Assembly: GCA_011390275.1 (NCBI GenBank)
Contig: JAABST010000018.1
Span: forward strand, 17,204 to 81,203
Length of the DNA stretch: 64,000 bases
Source of the DNA: Geitlerinema sp. S16
GTDB lineage: Bacteria > Cyanobacteriota > Cyanobacteriia > Cyanobacteriales > Geitlerinemataceae
Direction: 5' to 3'
Numbering within the stretch: the stretch's first letter is position 1; each line of letters begins with the position of its first letter. This document shows positions 1 through 9,161 of this stretch, one piece after another. Under the pieces are notes generated by a model. That model saw only the letters and a list, made by a program, of their open reading frames with translations. It ran no database searches and was not told the DNA's origin. Made by a program: the position numbers and the translations under genes.

Positions 1-209
1 TTGTTGAACAGTAAATATTGATGGGTGGCTGGATCATCGAGCGATCGGGCGATCGCATCGAGTACCGGTTGGGCGGTGGGCAAGTCTGAGGAGCCGAGGG
101 AAAGATCGATCAGGTCGCGCCCTGCGGCGATCGCCGTCGCCTTGGCGCGATCCATATCAGCGAAAACATTACGTTCAAGCGGGGCGAGGCGTTGGGCGAA
201 ACGGATCAT
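1..209 (-). CDS. Class I/II PLP-dependent aminotransferase, N-terminal fragment (gene continues past the left window edge)
   Basis: Hand translation of the minus strand from ATG 209..207 gives MIRFAQRLAPLERNVFADMDRAKATAIAAGRDLIDLSLGSSDLPTAQPVLDAIARSLDD..., a typical aminotransferase N-terminus. It is absent from the ORF track because it runs off the window. The + ORF 25..222 is its antisense shadow. Confidence 0.7.
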   Translation of the reverse strand, partial: MIRFAQRLAPLERNVFADMDRAKATAIAAGRDLIDLSLGSSDLPTAQPVLDAIARSLDDPATHQYLLFN

Positions 210-232
210 AATTAACAATTAATCCTTATTCC

Positions 233-532
233 TTGTTAACCACTCATTATTCATTGCTTTACTACACTCTGCGCGTCAAGCAAAACGGTCAGTACCTTGG
301 AGCCACGCCGAACCCCGATCGCCCCGATCGCTTTGTCCTCGTCTTTCGCGAAACTGCCGACGCTCTGAGCTACCTCAATGCCCACGCGGCGGGATTGGCA
401 GATCGGTTTGCGATCGAGACGATCAATTCAACCCAGGTCGGCGGTATCCTCGAACGCTGGGGCTTTGCCGGGATCGGCTTGGTGCGTGATCCCCGATTAC
501 CCGAGCTTGAATTCGCAACTCGTTTAAGCTAA
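233..532 (+). CDS. Conserved small cyanobacterial hypothetical protein (DUF3110-like)
   Basis: 99-aa track ORF with a TTG start; the true start is uncertain. The pattern RFVLVFRETADALSYLNAH...ETINSTQVGGILERWGFAGIGLVRDP resembles the small DUF3110 family. Recognised from memory only. Confidence 0.45.
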   Translation: MLTTHYSLLYYTLRVKQNGQYLGATPNPDRPDRFVLVFRETADALSYLNAHAAGLADRFAIETINSTQVGGILERWGFAGIGLVRDPRLPELEFATRLS

Positions 533-675
533 CCCGACCCTAAGGGGTGACCGCGATCGCGCTACAGTGATAGTCCTGGTAAAACACACACCGCCCTGGA
601 TTCGATGGTCAATCACAACCCCAAATCCGGCGCATGTGGCCTTAAACTCCATCAATTTCGCGTTTATCCGACCCT

Positions 676-1638
676 ATGAACGTACTCGTCACCGGCGCTA
701 ACGGCTTCACCGGCTCACACCTCGTCCGCACTCTGCTCGATCGCGGCGATCGCGTCACGGCAATGGTGCGCATCTCTAGCGATGTGTCGCGCTTGAAGGG
801 CTTGAATATTACCTACGCTTACGGGGACGTGACCGATCGGGCATCGCTGGACAAGGCGATGATCGGGATTGAGCGGGTGTTTCACGTGGCGGCGTTTGTG
901 GAGCTGGGGTTGGTGGACGCCGATCGGATGCGGCGTGTGAATGTGGACGGGACGCGGAACGTGATCGAAGCAGCGCGGGCGGCCAATGTGGCGAAAATCG
1001 TCTATTGCAGCACCGTCGGCATTTACGGCGATACGAAGGGCGAGGTGATTGACGAGACGTATCAGCGTCAGCAAGAGGGTTTTTCCTCAGCCTACGATGA
1101 GACGAAATTGGCGGCGCAGGAGCTGGTGAATCAGGCGGTGGCGGACGGGATGGATATCGTGAGTATCATGCCGTCGGGAATTTTTGGCGCGGATGATCCG
1201 CATTTTGGCCCGGTGATTAAAAATTTCCTCAAGGGTCGGTTGCGCGTCTGGGCGGGCGGCGATCGCATCACCGGGATTGTTCACGTCGATGATCTCGTCG
1301 ATCTGATGTTACGCGCGGCGGACAACGCGGCGGCGGGCGAGCATTTCATCGGCACGGCGGGAGATCTGACGACGCGGGAGATGTTCACCATTCTCAGCGA
1401 GGCGGGCGGGGTAACGCCACCGACGGAGCTACCGGAGCCGCTGGTACGGTTGATCGCCAATATTCTCGATCCGATCGGGCGTGTGCTGTCGTGGAATCCG
1501 CCGATCGGGCTGGAGCGAGCGCACTATGTTTACGATCGCTGTGTGCGAATTTCGAGCGAGAAGGCGCGGCGGGAGTTGGGCTGGGAGCCGCGATCGGTGG
1601 AGACGGTGTTATTGGAAATCGTCAAGGCGCTACGTTAA
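676..1638 (+). CDS. NAD-dependent epimerase/dehydratase (extended SDR; dihydroflavonol-reductase / HpnA-like)
   Basis: The N-terminal Rossmann motif VLVTGANGFTGSHLVRTLL, the 320-aa length and a YxxxK-type region (SAYDETK) support the call. Confidence 0.85.
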   Translation: MNVLVTGANGFTGSHLVRTLLDRGDRVTAMVRISSDVSRLKGLNITYAYGDVTDRASLDKAMIGIERVFHVAAFVELGLVDADRMRRVNVDGTRNVIEAARAANVAKIVYCSTVGIYGDTKGEVIDETYQRQQEGFSSAYDETKLAAQELVNQAVADGMDIVSIMPSGIFGADDPHFGPVIKNFLKGRLRVWAGGDRITGIVHVDDLVDLMLRAADNAAAGEHFIGTAGDLTTREMFTILSEAGGVTPPTELPEPLVRLIANILDPIGRVLSWNPPIGLERAHYVYDRCVRISSEKARRELGWEPRSVETVLLEIVKALR

Positions 1639-1860
1639 TTTGACCTACGCGGTTGATGGTTTAACCGGTTCATGATCGGCTCATGATCGCCTCAATCTCA
1701 GGTTACGATCGGGATTGACCCCAATCTGTGAACGGGCTATGCAGACGACTCTAATTCAGTTCGGCAGCAGCAGACGATCGCCGATGCGCCGATCGCGCTG
1801 GTTGCGTTTCCGGAGATTACGGTTAATCCGGTGACGATTTTGGGTTAGGGCGATCGGCGG

Positions 1861-1959
1861 ATGGCCTACGTTTACATTTTGGCGTGTGGGGATGGGTCGT
1901 TTTATACGGGCAGCACGATCGATCCAGAACGAACGAGCCTTTACCGTTCCAGTTTTTAG
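1861..1959 (+). pseudogene. Remnant of a GIY-YIG (UPF0213) nuclease gene, only about 32 codons
   Basis: Hand translation gives MAYVYILACGDGSFYTGSTIDPERTSLYRSSF*. It begins with the GIY-YIG signature (YVYIL..C.DGS.YTG.T.D.ER) and then stops far short of the usual 80-100 aa. Confidence 0.5.
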
Positions 1960-1965
1960 AACGAT

Positions 1966-2102
1966 CAGGACTTACGCAAAAATCGCTAAAACCATTGAAA
2001 CTTCGTGATGAATCGGTGGCTGAAACCACGACATCACCTTGAAGTGCGTAAGTCCTGACGATGTGAGATGTCCAACTTCTAACCCATTTTGCGTAAGTCC
2101 TG
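1966..2102. repeat. Three copies of the 13-mer CAGGACTTACGCA / TGCGTAAGTCCTG (one forward, two inverted)
   Basis: The forward copy is at 1966..1978 and inverted copies are at 2045..2057 and 2090..2102. Related words occur at 35052..35062 (CAGGACTTACG) and 47275..47287 (CAGGACTGACGCA, with a partial inverted partner TGCGTCAGT at 47366..47374). Confidence 0.6.
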
Positions 2103-2261
2103 GTGGGTTGAGTTTGAGATCGATGACTTGCGCCGGTAAAGATGCGCACTCGACATCATCGACAGCAACTAAGACCGGGATCAGTGTACTTTTGTTAAGG
2201 CTCGATCCATTCTTGATCGAATCTTTGAGTATTACTCCTGTGATATTTAACGGCGTATTCG

Positions 2262-3398
2262 ATGCGATCAACCTCAAAAAATGATGGTTGTTCGTCATCT
2301 TGTACCGTCCCGTCATTCACGCCAAGCGACACCGAGCCGCAACCACTTTTTTCACTCTTCTTAATAGGCATCATCGTGTTAAACCCCGGTCAACAGCTCT
2401 ATCGAGACCTGCGCGATCGTCTTGAAGAAACAGACTTCTTCAAGCGCAACACCGCCGACTATGTGCGCAAAATCACGACCTACGGCCTGCTGCACATCCT
2501 GTCTTATATCGGCCTTTACGCCTGTGCCGGGACACCCTGGCGCTGGGCTGCTCTCCTCGGCCTGATCCTCTCCGGCATCCAGTTTTACTACGTCAGCCAC
2601 GACGCTGGACACTATGCCATTTCTGACCATAAAAACGTCAATCTTCGCCTGGGTCATATCGGTCACACCTTTATTGCCGGTGCAAGCTTCCGGTTTTGGC
2701 AGTATAAGCACGACCTACACCATCGCTACTGCAACGACGAAACGCGCGATCCCGACATGAATGCGTTTTTCCTCAAGCTCTATGAATCAGACTCTCGTGA
2801 ACGTCCCACCTGGGTGAACTGGGTCATTCGTAATCAAGCTGTGCTGCTCTGGGTCTTGGTTCTCTTTCATAACTTTGAGTTCCAGCGAATGAGCTGGGTG
2901 TACACCCATCAAAATCCAGTGCGTTGTCGTGCTGAACGTGTCTTGATTCCGCTCCATGTGCTGACCTATTTGGTTTTCCCGATCGCGATCCTCGGCTGGC
3001 AAATGGCGCTGACGAACTACATCATTTCGGGCATGATCTCCGGCGTGATCCTCGCGAAACTGTTCGCAATCAACCACATTGGTATGCCCAGCATTCCAAG
3101 CAATCACGGCCTGTCATTCCTTGAGCAACAGGTGATCACGTCGCGCAACGTCGTTGTTCCGGCTCTGTTTGACGACTACTTCGGCGGTCTGCATTACCAA
3201 ATCGAACACCACCTATTTCCCTGGGTGTCGATCGATCGCTATCGTGCGGCCAGCCCGATCGTCAAAGCCTTTTGCCAAGAGCACGGCATTCCCTACGTCG
3301 AAGAAAACTTCGGCCTTGCCCTGCTCAATGTCGAGCGTCATCTTGCCGTCATGTCCAAAACCGAGAACGTACCGGGAACCGTTAGCTCATTGAGTTAA
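2262..3398 (+). CDS. Membrane fatty-acid desaturase, front-end (Delta6/DesD-like) type
   Basis: Three histidine boxes are present: HDAGH, HDLHH and QIEHH. A Q in the third box is typical of front-end desaturases. The true start is probably downstream of the track start, for example the in-frame GTG at 2376. Confidence 0.85.
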   Translation: MRSTSKNDGCSSSCTVPSFTPSDTEPQPLFSLFLIGIIVLNPGQQLYRDLRDRLEETDFFKRNTADYVRKITTYGLLHILSYIGLYACAGTPWRWAALLGLILSGIQFYYVSHDAGHYAISDHKNVNLRLGHIGHTFIAGASFRFWQYKHDLHHRYCNDETRDPDMNAFFLKLYESDSRERPTWVNWVIRNQAVLLWVLVLFHNFEFQRMSWVYTHQNPVRCRAERVLIPLHVLTYLVFPIAILGWQMALTNYIISGMISGVILAKLFAINHIGMPSIPSNHGLSFLEQQVITSRNVVVPALFDDYFGGLHYQIEHHLFPWVSIDRYRAASPIVKAFCQEHGIPYVEENFGLALLNVERHLAVMSKTENVPGTVSSLS

Positions 3399-3415
3399 CC
3401 GATCGTTTCGTTAAT

Positions 3416-3447
3416 CGGTTGACCTGTTGACCGGTTGACCTGTTGAC
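3416..3447 (+). repeat. 2 x 16-nt tandem repeat CGGTTGACCTGTTGAC (four TTGAC words at 8-nt spacing) between the desaturase and L25 genes
   Basis: Read directly from the sequence. TTGAC resembles a -35 hexamer, so this may be part of the rplY promoter region. Confidence 0.5.
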
Positions 3448-3568
3448 GTGCAAACTACTCAAGAACAAACTTTCAATAACGATCAAGCCAAGCTTCCGTT
3501 TGGTGCGGTCGGATCGAGCGTGCTAAAATTAGAGGCTCGATTTTAGCCAACCCCGAAAGAAAACTACG

Positions 3569-4141
3569 ATGGAATTGACTGTAGAAGGCAAAGCTAGACC
3601 GGAAGGCAGCAAGCCGCGCGCGCTGCGCCGTGAAGGTCTCGTGCCTGCCGTTCTGTACGGACACAAAGGTACAGAATCGGTTGCATTTATGATCGACTTC
3701 AAAAGTGTCGAGACCCTACTCAAGCAACCCTCGCTGGGTAACCGCTTGATCTCTCTGGCTCTTCCGGACTGGAGCGGCAAGACCCTCCTGCGCGAAGTCC
3801 AAACTCACCCGTGGAAAAACGACCCGCATCACCTCAGCTTCTTTTCCGTTGAAAATCAGAAGAAAGTTGAAGTTGAGGTTCCCCTGCGTTTTGTCGGTGT
3901 TCCTGTGGGCGTTACCAAAGGCGGCATCCTTGAAGCGCTACTGACATCGCTCAAGGTCGTCTGCAAGCCAGATGGTATTCCTGAGTCGATCGAAGTGGAT
4001 GTGACCGCGCTCGATGTCGGCCAAGGTTTGCAAGTCTCGGATCTGCAACTTCCCGAAGGTCTGCAAGTTTTGATTAGCCCGAGCCAACTGCTCGTCGGTG
4101 TTCAAGAGTCACGTGCAACACGTACGGCTCGCGAAGGATAA
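3569..4141 (+). CDS. rplY: 50S ribosomal protein L25 / general stress protein Ctc
   Basis: The N-terminus MELTVEGKARPEGSKPRALRREGLVPAVLYGHKG is the characteristic L25/Ctc motif. The length is 190 aa. Confidence 0.85.
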   Translation: MELTVEGKARPEGSKPRALRREGLVPAVLYGHKGTESVAFMIDFKSVETLLKQPSLGNRLISLALPDWSGKTLLREVQTHPWKNDPHHLSFFSVENQKKVEVEVPLRFVGVPVGVTKGGILEALLTSLKVVCKPDGIPESIEVDVTALDVGQGLQVSDLQLPEGLQVLISPSQLLVGVQESRATRTAREG

Positions 4142-4438
4142 GTCAAGACCTGAGTTTGAAGATTTAACTTAAAGATTTAAATCGCCTCGACTTCAATCAG
4201 AGCCAATGGCGTCACGTGCGTGCAGTTGCGTCGGTTTAAAGTCGAGTTTAGAAGGCTAGGATTTTCGCCATACTTTTGGTGTGAGTCCTGGTTTTCTTTT
4301 TGTTGGTTGGTTTTAGGTACAGGGTCTATGGGTGGTGCGCTCATGCTGTAAGGGAACTGAATTTAGTCTGTGCTTGGGGTCATTATTTAGCGTACGATTT
4401 GGCCTGTCTGCCCTTGTACTTATCTATTTATCCTGAGA

Positions 4439-5428
4439 ATGAATTCCTACAACATCTATGGTGTCGGTAACGCACTAGTTGATCTCGAATACAACGTATC
4501 CAGTGAAACGCTCGATCGCCTCGGAATCGAGAAAGGCATGATGACGCTCATCGATGAAGTGAAGCAGGCCGAGGTTGTCGCGGCGCTCGATGGTGCGGAA
4601 CATCGCGCCTGTGGTGGATCGGCGGCCAATACAGTCGTGGCGATCGCGCAAATGGGCGGCAAAGGGTTCTTGTCGTGTCGTATTGGCGACGATGAAACGG
4701 GTAAATTTTACCTCGAAGATCTCACCCGTTTTGGCATCGCGACCAACATCACGCCACCGGAAACGCTGAATTTTGGCACAACGGGTAAATGCCTCGTACT
4801 GGTAACGCCCGACGCCGATCGCACGATGAATACATTTCTCGGCGTGTCGGCGGATATCTCGATCGCCGATCTGGAAGCAGACTCGATCGACGCCTCTGAT
4901 TATGTCTACATCGAAGGCTATCTCGTGAGTTCCGACAGCGCCCGCGCTACGGCGATTCGCGCTCGTGAGCTTGCCCGTGAACACAACACGAAAGTCGCCT
5001 TCACGCTCTCTGACCCCAATATGGTCAAGTTCTTTAAAGCGGGTTTGCTCGAAATTATTGGCGATGGCGTTGACCTGCTGTTCGCCAACGAAACCGAAGC
5101 GATCGAGATGGCGGGAACCGAATCGATCGAGGACGCGATCGACTATCTCCAAACGATCGCCAGCGAATTTGTGATCACCCTAGGTTCACAAGGATCACTG
5201 ATCTACGACGGTACAACGCTGCATAAAATCGCGCCTTATCCGGTCACGGCGATCGATACCGTTGGCGCTGGAGATATGTACGCCGGGGCATTCCTCTACG
5301 GCATCACCCACGGCATGGATTACGCGATCGCCGGTGATTTCGCATCACGAGCCTCCGCGAAAATCGTAACGAAGTATGGCCCACGCCTCAGCGATACCGA
5401 AATTCAAGCCCTTTTGACTCATTCCTAA
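4439..5428 (+). CDS. PfkB-family carbohydrate/nucleoside kinase (adenosine kinase-like)
   Basis: PfkB signatures are present: GGSAANT near the N-terminus and DTVGAGDMYAGAFLYG near the C-terminus. The length is 329 aa. Confidence 0.8.
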   Translation: MNSYNIYGVGNALVDLEYNVSSETLDRLGIEKGMMTLIDEVKQAEVVAALDGAEHRACGGSAANTVVAIAQMGGKGFLSCRIGDDETGKFYLEDLTRFGIATNITPPETLNFGTTGKCLVLVTPDADRTMNTFLGVSADISIADLEADSIDASDYVYIEGYLVSSDSARATAIRARELAREHNTKVAFTLSDPNMVKFFKAGLLEIIGDGVDLLFANETEAIEMAGTESIEDAIDYLQTIASEFVITLGSQGSLIYDGTTLHKIAPYPVTAIDTVGAGDMYAGAFLYGITHGMDYAIAGDFASRASAKIVTKYGPRLSDTEIQALLTHS

Positions 5429-5811
5429 TCAACGCGCCACGTCCCGATGTCTGGAGTTGTCGCGGTGAATGCTGAAGCTAGGGCTGTACGGAATCACTTT
5501 ACGGAGTCATGTCGGGTGACATTGCTTAAGATTTGATCGTAAATTTCGGCTGACAGCGATTCTAACCGGCAATGTGGATAAATTCCTGATTAACATTGAA
5601 GCAAGAGTATCTTGACGATGAAAGTCAGATTGTTCGATCTATACCCTGCCCAGAATTAGCGTGGTCGTTCTAAATCAACTTCAGCTTGAATGAAACATGC
5701 AGGGTCAGCATCGGTCGGCGATCGCTATCGGAATCTCGTAGAAATCCCACGGGAATCTAAATAGTGATCTCTGGCGTCTAGCAATGTAGACCCGCTCCGG
5801 GTGGTTAAGCT

Positions 5812-6660
5812 ATGACTAAACAACTCATGATGATTCGCTCCTCCTCACCACTTTTCTTGACGACTCTGGCTTTGGGCGCAATCGGTCTGCCCGCCGCTGC
5901 CGGTTCTCCGCGGACCGTTTCGGCTCCGACGGCCTACGAATTGGCGCAGTTCAATCCCGCCGATCGTCCCCCGCCGATTACCGCCGATGGTGGAGGGGCG
6001 CGGTTTGCCGATCCCGACCTGTCGGCGCCGGAAGGGGCGGGCAGCAGCGCCACCCGCAATAGTTGTGTGGCCATGTCGCCTTTGGTTCCGAAGGATGCCA
6101 ACGGCTCTTACTACGGTTTAACCACGAGCGATCGCCCGGAGCTTCATCTCTATACCCTCCGCGCGGAAGGCTCCCGCGCTCAACGTGCAACGCTCTATAT
6201 TTACGAATATTCTGCCGACACTCCGGCGATCGAACCTGCGTATGAGAAAGAATTCAACCTGCCAGAAGCAACCCGCAGCATTGTCAGCGTGGGAGTTGAT
6301 CCGGACTCCGACTTCATCTTTGATCCTTCGACTCAGTACGAGTGGTATATCGAAATTCAATGCGAACCCGACAGCAACGATCCCACGACTTTAGCGTTTA
6401 CCTATGGCTGGATCGAGCGTGCAGCGAGCGATCCCGTTCGCCCAGAGACGGTTGGCACGAATGATGCAGCAGCGGCCTACGGCGAAGCCGGAATTTGGTT
6501 CGAGTATCTCGATAATCTGATCGCCGCAAGCCCCGAAAACTGGAGCTACATTCTCGACGGTTTCAGTGCTGCGATCAACGATAGCATCGATCTATCACAG
6601 GCTACGATCGCGCCTTCGCCGCAAGATGCCAATGTGCAAATCATTCAGATTCAGCCATAG
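5812..6660 (+). CDS. DUF928 domain-containing secreted protein
   Basis: A signal peptide is followed by the DUF928 pattern PP..ADGGGAR...C..L.P....GLTTSDRP...Y.W.IEIQC....GWIER. A CHASE2 protein lies immediately downstream. Confidence 0.7.
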   Translation: MTKQLMMIRSSSPLFLTTLALGAIGLPAAAGSPRTVSAPTAYELAQFNPADRPPPITADGGGARFADPDLSAPEGAGSSATRNSCVAMSPLVPKDANGSYYGLTTSDRPELHLYTLRAEGSRAQRATLYIYEYSADTPAIEPAYEKEFNLPEATRSIVSVGVDPDSDFIFDPSTQYEWYIEIQCEPDSNDPTTLAFTYGWIERAASDPVRPETVGTNDAAAAYGEAGIWFEYLDNLIAASPENWSYILDGFSAAINDSIDLSQATIAPSPQDANVQIIQIQP

Positions 6661-6803
6661 CGAGAGAAGGCTGAGAATCAGCGTTGTCATGAACGGGTGT
6701 CACCCAAGAGAAAGTAACCTTCGAGAAATACGATCAAGGCTGCTTTCTCTTGAGTTGGCGTAAGCTGCTAGCGACTTCAGCCAAACGACTCTCATAAGTT
6801 TGC

Positions 6804-6848
6804 AGGATTTGCAGGGTTCACAGGATTGATAGGATTCATAGGGTTCAC
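6804..6848 (+). repeat. Five in-phase 9-nt tandem repeats AGGRTTNNN abutting the cyclase start codon
   Basis: The units are aggatttgc, agggttcac, aggattgat, aggattcat and agggttcac, starting at 6804, 6813, 6822, 6831 and 6840. The ATG is at 6850. Confidence 0.7.
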
Positions 6849-6849
6849 A

Positions 6850-9159
6850 ATGTCCGATCGCTCTGCTCTGAAGACGTTAAAACAAAAACTTTGGCCGTGG
6901 CGTGCCGTGATCACCTCGGTTCCGAGTCTAACGATTCTCATCTTGCTGATTCGTAGCCTGGGGGGACTTCAGGGGTTCGAGCTTAGAATGCTCGATTACT
7001 TTTTTCGGTGGCGACCACTAGAGGCGCGTGATCAGCGGATTACGATCGTCGGCATCAGTGAGCCAGACCTGCAAAAGTATGGATATCCGATTAACGACGA
7101 CATCCTCGCCACCCTCCTCGAAACCGTCGCCGCTGAGGAACCACGGGCGATCGGCCTTGATATTTACCGTGATTTGCCCGTACCGTCGCCCAACGATCAA
7201 CGGTTCCAGGATCGACCCAACAATCCCGATCAACTGAATAGCCAGGAGGAGCAGGCCGGTATCGCACCGAGCTACGCGCGGTTATCCGATGTCTTTCGGA
7301 AAAATTCCAATATTATCGGCATTACCAAAGTGACGGGCGGTACGGAGAGTGTCGCCCCTTCGCCGGTCTTGGCAGAACTGGGGCAAACCAGCGCCAATGA
7401 TATACCGCCGGATATTGACGATCGCCAGCGACGCGCCTTTTTATACCTCAAACCCGAAGAAGACGGCGAAACCTACTTTGGGCTGGGCTTTAAGCTGGCC
7501 ATGCTCTATCTTGATCGATCGGGCATTGTTCCCCGCATGAGCGATAACAATAAATGGGTGCAAATCGAAGAGACGATTTTCTATCCGATCGAAAAAAATA
7601 GCGGGAGTTACGTTAATAACGATAGCGGTGGCTATCCGATTTTGATTAACTACCGTGGACCGAGCGGATCGTTCGATCAGGTCACCCTGGACGAGGTGCT
7701 GACGGGTCAGGTGGATCGATCGCTGTTTCGCGATCGCGTCGTCCTGATTGGTTCGACCGCCGAGAGCGTTAAGGATGCGTTCTCGACACCGTTTACCAGT
7801 TTGTCGCAAGGTACGGACAAAGCGCGGGTTCCGGGCGTGGAAATCCACGCCCATATCACCAGCCAAATACTCAGCGCAACCCTCGATGGCCGCAAGAACA
7901 TTCGGACGATTCCGGATTTCGTCGAGGCGCTGATCATTCTGGGCGGGGCCAGTATTGGGGGCATCCTAAGCTGGTATTGGCGTTATAGCACGCCGTTTTG
8001 GCGGATTATGCCGCATATTCTCGGGGTGGTGGCATCTGGTGGTGTGGCCTATGGTTGTTTTCTGGCGGGGTGGTGGATTCCGATCGTGCCGCCGGTGATC
8101 GCCCAGCTCGGTACTGCGATTGCGATCACGGCCTACGTGGCGCGATCGGCGGCAGATATTCGCCAAACCTTTAGCCGCTATCTCACCGATGAGGTGGTGG
8201 AAACGCTGCTCGAAACCCCGGATGGTTTAAATATGGGAGGCGAGCGCCGTCGCATTACTATCTTGACCTCGGATTTGCGAGGGTTTACGGGCATTTCCGA
8301 GCGCTTGCCACCGGAGCAGGTCATCGGAATTTTGAATATTTATCTGGAAGCGATGGCGACGGCGATCGTTAGCCATCAGGGGACGATCGATGAATTCATG
8401 GGCGATGGCATTTTGGTGCTGTTCGGTGCGCCCACCCAGCGGAAGGATGATCCCGAGCGAGCGGTGGCCTGTGCGATCGCCATGCAAAAAGCAATGATCG
8501 GCGTCAATCAACAGATGGCCGATCGGAATTTACCATCGCTGGAAATGGGCATCGGTATCCATACCGGCGAGGTGGTGGTGGGCAATATTGGCTCAACGCA
8601 GCGCACGAAGTACGGCGTGGTGGGTTCGCAGGTGAATCTGACCTATCGCATTGAGGGTTATACCGTCGGCGGTCAGATTTTGATTACCGATGTGACCAAA
8701 AATGAGCTGACGATCCCGATCGAAACCGACGGTAAACAACAGGTGTCACCGAAGGGGGTGATCGAGCCGATCTTGATTCACTCGGTGACGGGGATTGGCG
8801 GTCAATATAATCTGCGTTTGGAGAGCGAACGTGAGGATCTATACGCGATCGATCCACCGATCGATCTGGATTTTGCCGAAATTAAAGGGAAAGATATCAG
8901 CCCCGATCGCTATGCAGGCAAACTGATTTGCCTCTCTGAAAAATATGTTGATCTGGTCACCGAGCGATCGCTCTCCACGCTGACCAATCTTCAATGTCAT
9001 TTAAGAGTGAATGACCATGACGGCGATACGGAATTTTATGCCAAAGTCATGAAAGCAGGGACAGAGCCGAATACCTTTCGCCTACGCCTAACGTCGCTTC
9101 CGATCGATGTCCGCACCTATTTTTCGACGCTCTACGATGCGAATGCGGATGATGCCTAA
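6850..9159 (+). CDS. CHASE2 sensor domain-containing class III adenylate/guanylate cyclase
   Basis: An N-terminal TM segment, a periplasmic CHASE2-like region and a TM cluster are followed by the cyclase homology domain (RRITILTSDLRGFTGISERL...EFMGDGILVLFGAP...GIHTGEVVVGNIGS). The track ORF starts at TTG 6826; the ATG at 6850 (MSDRSALK) is more likely. The C-terminal ~150 aa are unassigned. Confidence 0.85.
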   Translation: MSDRSALKTLKQKLWPWRAVITSVPSLTILILLIRSLGGLQGFELRMLDYFFRWRPLEARDQRITIVGISEPDLQKYGYPINDDILATLLETVAAEEPRAIGLDIYRDLPVPSPNDQRFQDRPNNPDQLNSQEEQAGIAPSYARLSDVFRKNSNIIGITKVTGGTESVAPSPVLAELGQTSANDIPPDIDDRQRRAFLYLKPEEDGETYFGLGFKLAMLYLDRSGIVPRMSDNNKWVQIEETIFYPIEKNSGSYVNNDSGGYPILINYRGPSGSFDQVTLDEVLTGQVDRSLFRDRVVLIGSTAESVKDAFSTPFTSLSQGTDKARVPGVEIHAHITSQILSATLDGRKNIRTIPDFVEALIILGGASIGGILSWYWRYSTPFWRIMPHILGVVASGGVAYGCFLAGWWIPIVPPVIAQLGTAIAITAYVARSAADIRQTFSRYLTDEVVETLLETPDGLNMGGERRRITILTSDLRGFTGISERLPPEQVIGILNIYLEAMATAIVSHQGTIDEFMGDGILVLFGAPTQRKDDPERAVACAIAMQKAMIGVNQQMADRNLPSLEMGIGIHTGEVVVGNIGSTQRTKYGVVGSQVNLTYRIEGYTVGGQILITDVTKNELTIPIETDGKQQVSPKGVIEPILIHSVTGIGGQYNLRLESEREDLYAIDPPIDLDFAEIKGKDISPDRYAGKLICLSEKYVDLVTERSLSTLTNLQCHLRVNDHDGDTEFYAKVMKAGTEPNTFRLRLTSLPIDVRTYFSTLYDANADDA

Positions 9160-9161
9160 GC

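Noticed and set aside
25-222. 65-aa + strand ORF at the window start
   Set aside because: It is the antisense shadow of a clearly recognisable aminotransferase N-terminus on the minus strand. Its composition is Arg/Ser/Ala-rich, as is typical of GC-rich out-of-frame ORFs.
1823-2316. Minus-strand ORFs of 108 and 114 aa, and the + ORF 2039..2284, between the SDR and desaturase genes
   Set aside because: No recognisable domain was found. The ORFs overlap each other and are partly built from the inverted 13-mer repeats (giving GLTQ/GLTH). The region looks like decayed sequence rather than a gene.
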